Shown: piece after piece, positions 58,859 to 64,000 of the stretch | Position numbering within the stretch: position 1 is the stretch's first letter | Layout of the letters: each line of letters opens with the position of its first letter | NCBI GenBank assembly: GCA_038867615.1 | Contig: JAWBYA010000005.1 | Span: 64,001-128,000, forward strand | From: Sulfolobales archaeon | GTDB lineage: Archaea; Thermoproteota; Thermoprotei_A; Sulfolobales; AG1 | DNA: 64,000 nucleotides | Direction of reading: 5' to 3' | Program-made: the position numbers and the translations under genes | Notes under the pieces: model-generated | The model's database searches: none | The model's input: the letters and a program-made list of their open reading frames with translations, nothing else | What the model was told of the DNA's origin: nothing

Positions 58859-60236
58859 AATCCCTGGAGGCTCTTTGGAAAACCCGATCTTCGTTGTCGA
58901 GAGGATCATGTGGCTCGTCGAGAGCAGACAGAGCGTAGAAGAGGCGCAGATTAGAAGGGCTGGCGAGCTCTTAGGAACACCTGTTAAGAGGGTTGAGGCT
59001 CTGAGGGCTAGATATTCAGACGTGTTCTCAAGGTTTATTGAGAAGAGATGCTCAGAAACAGGCTCTGAGTATAGGGTTTGCATATATTCTTGGAATAGGA
59101 AGAGGGCTTTCAAAGCCTTCCCAGCCTCTCTCTATGCCACAGGCACGATCATAGTATTCAGGGGAAACGAACCGCTAGAGGTTATGTGTAACCCCCTGCC
59201 AAAGGCTCTCGACTACCCGGTTGCTGCGGAACATATACCGGGCTCTACGATCCCCTACTATGTATCTGAAAGGATCGATGGGTGGCAGGTTAACGCCTAC
59301 TACGATAAGATCCTCGGGAGATGGGTCTTCTCGACTAAATATGTGCTCCACAACATGTACTTCTCACGAGGCATTCTAAACATAGATAGGTATGGCGAGA
59401 TAAGCAACCCAATAGTATCACTAGCCGATGAGATAGCATCTAGAGAGAACATCTATGCAATGCTAGAGGGTCTGGAGGGATGGTCCTTCATATTCGTATT
59501 GCTAGGGCCGGAGCCGGCTATAACCTCTCCACCATACCCAATAGCACCAGATCCTCAGGAGTATAAGCTCTACCTAGTAGCAGCTAGGAGGAGCGATGGA
59601 GTCCTAGTAACAGGGACAGAGGCGGGGAAGATGATAGGGTGGAGCCTCATCCCTGCTGAGAGGATCGCTAAACCTCTAGAGGATCTATACAGCGAGATCA
59701 GGGGCTCGATAGCAACAAGATCCCTAATAGCATGGATAAAAACCGACAGGGGAGATCCCGTTATACTTGAGATCCCCTCGCAGTACTACTACGACGCAAT
59801 GATGGTGAAGCATCTCAGAGACGCGAAATCAGCCTCCATACTATGTTCCGAGGATCTATGTGAAGAGATATCCAAACTAGTCCCCGAGGATCTGGGGGAG
59901 AGGGTTAAAGCTATCGGCAGGATCTACAGAGACCTTGTAGAAGCCCTAGAGCACGGACTCCTCGACGAGAAAGCCTTCTCCGCAATAGCCGATGCGATCA
60001 ACGAGATCAGGGGTGAGAGAGTGATCACAGCAAGAGAGATCCTTGATGAAACATTATCAAGAAATTATAGAAGGCTGGCTAGAAAGATACTAGCCCTAGC
60101 CCTCGAGGATAAATCCCTGGCCTCTAGCGAGGTTATGGATATACTTGTAAAGATAAAGTCTATCGCTCGGTTTAACAACACAAACGAGACAAAGCTGCCA
60201 TGGACTCCCAAGACAAATAATAGCTATAGCGGGTAG
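58830..60236 (+). CDS. Divergent ATP-dependent RNA ligase (T4 Rnl1-like nucleotidyltransferase) homolog
   Basis: NPLPKALDY (cf. xPFxKFFN), SERIDGWQV (cf. motif I EKxDGS), WVFSTK, SFIFVLLGPE, LYLVAAR. Confidence 0.55.
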   Translation: MRTVEGEGARIPGGSLENPIFVVERIMWLVESRQSVEEAQIRRAGELLGTPVKRVEALRARYSDVFSRFIEKRCSETGSEYRVCIYSWNRKRAFKAFPASLYATGTIIVFRGNEPLEVMCNPLPKALDYPVAAEHIPGSTIPYYVSERIDGWQVNAYYDKILGRWVFSTKYVLHNMYFSRGILNIDRYGEISNPIVSLADEIASRENIYAMLEGLEGWSFIFVLLGPEPAITSPPYPIAPDPQEYKLYLVAARRSDGVLVTGTEAGKMIGWSLIPAERIAKPLEDLYSEIRGSIATRSLIAWIKTDRGDPVILEIPSQYYYDAMMVKHLRDAKSASILCSEDLCEEISKLVPEDLGERVKAIGRIYRDLVEALEHGLLDEKAFSAIADAINEIRGERVITAREILDETLSRNYRRLARKILALALEDKSLASSEVMDILVKIKSIARFNNTNETKLPWTPKTNNSYSG

Positions 60237-60239
60237 ATA

Positions 60240-61118
60240 GTGTTGGAGATACACTCAACCCTCTTAGAGATAGCTAAGAAAGATCTAGAGGCGTCTAGGC
60301 TCCTGTTCGATAAAAAGCTATATCCTCAGGCTGTGTTCTTCTTGCAACAAAGCATCGAAAAAGCCATCAAATCCTATGGTATATTGAATAACGTGATAAG
60401 TGAAGGAGAGACAAGGGATATTGGGCATAGAGCTTGGAAAGTCTATCGCAAGATTTTCAGTAAGCTTAAAGAGGACATGAGAAAAGCAAAGGAATTTATT
60501 GAGGCTTATCCAGGACTCAAACAGACAAGAATACTAAAGGATCTGGATCTCGACGCTATTATAGCTAAGCTGGAAGAGCATGAAGAGAGCCCCTCTGAAG
60601 AAAAGGAAAAAGAGCTATGGAAGCTCTCTTTCGAAAGGGAGAGGCTTGAAAACATTATAGCAGATATCAACAAAACAAGGAAGGAGTTGGAAGAGGAAAT
60701 AACTATATATATAAGCGAGCGGGAAGTCAAAGAGATAAAAAAAGCCTTAATGGATTATATCTTTAAGATCAATCCTACGGCGAAGATTGAAGCAGATAAG
60801 ATCAAAAGAAAGCTGGACAAAGCGCTCACTCCTCAGCTAATTAGAGATCGCCTTAATATAGTGATAGCCGAGCTGCCTTCTTACGTCTTCTGCTCTTTGT
60901 CACTATATTACCTCTCCTTGGTTCTCTCTCCACATGCTACCAAGCCAAGGTATCCCCAAGCTGATCATAACCCCTTAGAGGTCTACAATGAAAGGATGCC
61001 CTTGATCCAGGTGTTTAGTCATTTCATAGAGATTGCTGAAGAGACTTTGAATACCCTGGATCGTATATTTAATAGTTCCGCGCGTTTATCCTTCGCATTT
61101 CAACTAGATTCATTTTAA
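60240..61118 (+). CDS. HEPN domain protein with long helical insertion
   Basis: AKKDLEAS...YPQAVFFLQQSIEKAIKS...GH at the N-terminus; RYP motif ~170 aa later. Confidence 0.82.
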   Translation: MLEIHSTLLEIAKKDLEASRLLFDKKLYPQAVFFLQQSIEKAIKSYGILNNVISEGETRDIGHRAWKVYRKIFSKLKEDMRKAKEFIEAYPGLKQTRILKDLDLDAIIAKLEEHEESPSEEKEKELWKLSFERERLENIIADINKTRKELEEEITIYISEREVKEIKKALMDYIFKINPTAKIEADKIKRKLDKALTPQLIRDRLNIVIAELPSYVFCSLSLYYLSLVLSPHATKPRYPQADHNPLEVYNERMPLIQVFSHFIEIAEETLNTLDRIFNSSARLSFAFQLDSF

Positions 61119-61221
61119 TTTCTTGAGATAACATAGCACCTGGCTATATTTCTCATCTTCTTTATAATATCATTTTTTCCCTCTATTAATGATACCTATG
61201 TGAGTCATGCCACGCTCTTGT

Positions 61222-61923
61222 CTAGAGCGATATGATCCCTGTGTATGAGAGTGCTAGAAGTAGTATGAATGTTGATAGGGTGATAAGTATGTTATCGTCT
61301 ATCGGGTTCTTCTCGTAATGCTCGATTATCGATGCCAGGGCTGCTATGAATACTCCTGGGAATCCTATGTAGTAGTAGGCTAGAGGTGCGCAAACGAGGA
61401 ACATGGCTAGATTACCCCACCACGATTTAGTCCTCTTCTTAAACATAGCGTTCCTCACAATACCTGTGGCAGCGTCTCCGAACGACATGAAGAGTATCGG
61501 TATCAAGCCATAGAGCGGTGTTGCCATGAATATCCATGAGGCTGTTAGCACCGCACCCCAGGCGATGCAGAAGTTAACCTCGTACATGTTATCCTTAACC
61601 TGGTACCAGTGCATAAGCTTTCCAGTCCTATGGGGTATCCAGTTTATAAGGGCGAGGATCAGGGCTAGGATCAGTGGTATTGTGGGCGATGTGAAAAGCA
61701 CAGGGACTAGGAGGGCTACAACCCCGCCGGCGAGGATATGTATCACCTTTCTATTAAAATAAACAGCAACATTGTGGGGAAAACCCCTGTTAATAAAAAT
61801 CCCATAGAGATACTTGGTCCCGAGAACAACCAAAAGGACGTAGAGAAACAGGATAAAGGCGTAGAGAGCCTCGGATAAGGGGTTTAGCGGTATAATATAT
61901 TCTAGATATAGACCCAGGTTCAA
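61222..61923 (-). CDS. Dolichol/phytol kinase-family membrane protein
   Basis: RKVIHI, SFGDAATGIV, KSWWG, DDNILI. Confidence 0.8.
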   Translation of the reverse strand: MNLGLYLEYIIPLNPLSEALYAFILFLYVLLVVLGTKYLYGIFINRGFPHNVAVYFNRKVIHILAGGVVALLVPVLFTSPTIPLILALILALINWIPHRTGKLMHWYQVKDNMYEVNFCIAWGAVLTASWIFMATPLYGLIPILFMSFGDAATGIVRNAMFKKRTKSWWGNLAMFLVCAPLAYYYIGFPGVFIAALASIIEHYEKNPIDDNILITLSTFILLLALSYTGIISL

Positions 61924-62093
61924 GTTCCCACCTACGAGTCTAAGGAATCAGTGTTTCTGAAATTAATATATTTTTCAATGATCTAGACTATCGTTTCAAG
62001 CATATTAGATGTAGATGATGCTGAGAATCCGAAGGTTCTCCGCCAACTAGGAGAATATGCTGTGGCTTATCAAAGCCACACAGTCCAGGGTCT

Positions 62094-62609
62094 CTAGTAG
62101 GGTACGTTTTTTAACCCTAGCTTGTAGGCTCCCCAGTTTGTTGCTATGTGGAGGATAAGCACTATAATGGCTCCTGCTACGAAGATCGCGAGGTCTATTT
62201 GGTAACCAACCATGGTGTCTAGAGATAGGGTTTTTATCAAGATGTTTGCGAAGATGAAGAATGATAGCTGGTCTAGAAGGGGTGCTGGGGCTCCCCTAGG
62301 GATCCCTAGTCTTCTCTTTATAAAGGCTCCTACTATATCGCCTAGAAGAGCTCCTAGGGATGATGCTGCTGCATATGGTACGAAATATGGATTATCAAGG
62401 GCTGCTGAATAAATAGCACCCACCCCCGTTCCAAAGATCATGCCTACTGCTAGTCCTTCGAAGGTTTTCCCATCACCCAGGATTCTCTTACCATCTATGA
62501 ACATCCTACCAAGATCTATTGGTTTTCCCCTCTTAACAAACACAGGAGCCCCGTTGGAAGCCATTGCGGGGAAGTATATGAAGATAGCCTTTAGGATCGT
62601 TTCGATCAA
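62094..62609 (-). CDS. carS: CDP-archaeol synthase
   Basis: PAMASNGAPV, PIDLG, LGDGKTFEG, GDIVGAFIKRRLG, LLDQL, LGLKNVPY. Confidence 0.93.
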   Translation of the reverse strand: MIETILKAIFIYFPAMASNGAPVFVKRGKPIDLGRMFIDGKRILGDGKTFEGLAVGMIFGTGVGAIYSAALDNPYFVPYAAASSLGALLGDIVGAFIKRRLGIPRGAPAPLLDQLSFFIFANILIKTLSLDTMVGYQIDLAIFVAGAIIVLILHIATNWGAYKLGLKNVPY

Positions 62610-62724
62610 GCTCGTAACCAGCTCTATCTAGCCCACCACACATGATCATTATTGATAGCTTTAATATAGAGAGATCCGTGTCTGCTGCGGCTTTTAAATC
62701 CCCTTGCAATATATGGAGTAGCTG

Positions 62725-63360
62725 GTGCCTCTCTTGTCAAGAGCGAGGATCCCTGGGAGGGAGAAGTGGAAGTATAAGAAGTGGTATAGGGTTACAGCAC
62801 CCCCTCTTTTCGGCGAGGTTGAGATAGGCTCCATACCCGCGGACGAGGACTGGAAGATCGTTGGAAGGACTGTTGAGGTAACTATGTATGAGCTCACCGG
62901 AGATATATCACAGCTCCACATCAGATTCAAATTCCAAATAATAGGAGTAGAGGGTGATAGAGCGATAACCAGGTTCAAGCTCATGGAGCTTGCAAGGGAC
63001 TACCTTAGAAGCCTTACAAGAAGGAAAAGCAGCAAGGTGGCTGGGATAATCAACCTAACCACCAAGGATGGCTATGGGATAAGGGTAACGGTAGCCGCGT
63101 TCACAACATATAGGTGCAAGACATCCCAGAGAAAAGCTATTCGAAAGATAATGTTCGAAATACTATCCAAAGCAGCCTCGGAGAAAACACTGGACGAGTT
63201 TATAAAAGCCTCGCTTGGAGAGATACAGAGCCAGATATTACAGGAGGCTAAAAAGATATACCCGATCAGGAAGGTAGAGATAGCCAAGATCAAGCTCCTA
63301 ACAATACCAGGACCAAGCGGTCCTATGAAGGCCATCGTAACCCCACAGAGACCCGTATAA
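62725..63360 (+). CDS. rps3ae: 30S ribosomal protein S3Ae (eS1)
   Basis: KWKYKKWY.V.APPLFG, GRTVEVT, DYLRSLTRRKSSK, KKIYPIRKVEI. Confidence 0.95.
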   Translation: MPLLSRARIPGREKWKYKKWYRVTAPPLFGEVEIGSIPADEDWKIVGRTVEVTMYELTGDISQLHIRFKFQIIGVEGDRAITRFKLMELARDYLRSLTRRKSSKVAGIINLTTKDGYGIRVTVAAFTTYRCKTSQRKAIRKIMFEILSKAASEKTLDEFIKASLGEIQSQILQEAKKIYPIRKVEIAKIKLLTIPGPSGPMKAIVTPQRPV

Positions 63361-63402
63361 CTATCCTCATGGCTGCAGCACCCCTAAACCCTGCTCCAAA
63401 TC

Positions 63403-63963
63403 TTAATACTCCTCGGCGACTGGTTTTAATACTCTGAGGAACCAGCCTAGATCGAATATATTCTCCACAGCAGCCTCGGTATCTCTACCCATAGCCTTGG
63501 CTCTAAGAATCTCTCTAGGATCTAGCAGGGCTCTCCCAACCCCTATGACTCGCCTATCACTCGGATCTATGACCCCCACTATATCTCCCCTCCTAAAGGG
63601 TCTGTAGATCTTTTCGACACTAGCCACTAGAAGATCGTTTCCATATAGGTATGCTTTAACACCCTGGGATCCTGCCTCTACGGCGGATCTTGTATCACCG
63701 GTGCATCTATATATCTCTTGCAACAAGCCTGGGTACGGGTAGATCTCGCCATTAATTATAATCCCAACCGGGGATCCTGCGTACATATATTTGAGATCGA
63801 TCTCGCTCTCTATGGCTGTAACTATGCATATCCCTGGATATAGGTTGCATGTGATTTTGAATCTTTGTGGGATGCACTTAATAATCTCGGTTCTTTTATA
63901 AGCTCTTGAGAGGATCCCTAGAAGCTTTTCCTTATATCTCCTTATCTCCTCCCTATCACGCAT
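63403..63963 (-). CDS. PUA-domain RNA-binding protein (Nip7-like)
   Basis: AYLYGNDLL, GDIVGV...IGVG, DLGWFLR. Confidence 0.75.
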   Translation of the reverse strand: MRDREEIRRYKEKLLGILSRAYKRTEIIKCIPQRFKITCNLYPGICIVTAIESEIDLKYMYAGSPVGIIINGEIYPYPGLLQEIYRCTGDTRSAVEAGSQGVKAYLYGNDLLVASVEKIYRPFRRGDIVGVIDPSDRRVIGVGRALLDPREILRAKAMGRDTEAAVENIFDLGWFLRVLKPVAEEY

Positions 63964-64000
63964 GTGAAAGACCCTCCTGTCTTATGGATATGGGGCCATG

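Noticed and set aside
62000-62090. Small hairpin TGTGGCTT/AAGCCACA and short frame VDDAENPKVLRQLGEY
   Set aside because: Could be a terminator-like hairpin or a gene remnant; the evidence is too weak
1704-63335. Numerous 60-200 aa ORFs antisense to or nested in well-supported genes
   Set aside because: They are shadow frames of the real coding strand, with Ser/Leu/Pro-rich composition and no motifs

Overview
This is a gene-dense window (GC near 47% by eye) from a thermophilic crenarchaeon (Thermoproteota, Desulfurococcales/Sulfolobales-like), judged from PCNA, eS1, CarS, RtcB, Trm112, a DRG GTPase and tRNA-Leu(CAG). Housekeeping content includes a hisG-D-C-B-H-A-F-I operon, inositol-1-P synthase, PMM/PGM, two Liv-type ABC sets and a Dpp-type permease pair. 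A type IV pilus locus, a VapBC pair, subtilisin, gamma-glutamyltransferase and a DUF3782-like coiled-coil protein are also present. The most unusual signals are non-coding. (1) A promoter-preceded stand-alone 3' half of tRNA-Gln (38579-38637) has a GC-rich leader in bulge-helix-bulge register, making it a candidate trans-spliced split tRNA. (2) Two families of ~250-270 bp dispersed elements (two copies each) carry their own TATA box and a structured RNA; they are probably non-autonomous IS200/IS605/IS607-derived (omega-RNA-like) elements, and one pair brackets a 7.7 kb catabolic cassette. (3) There is a C/D box sRNA candidate. Among proteins, an Rnl1-like RNA ligase homolog has Arg in place of the motif I catalytic Lys and is coupled to a long stand-alone HEPN protein. 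Three genes appear to need non-canonical (CTG/ATT) starts. All calls are by eye from motifs; no database searches were run.
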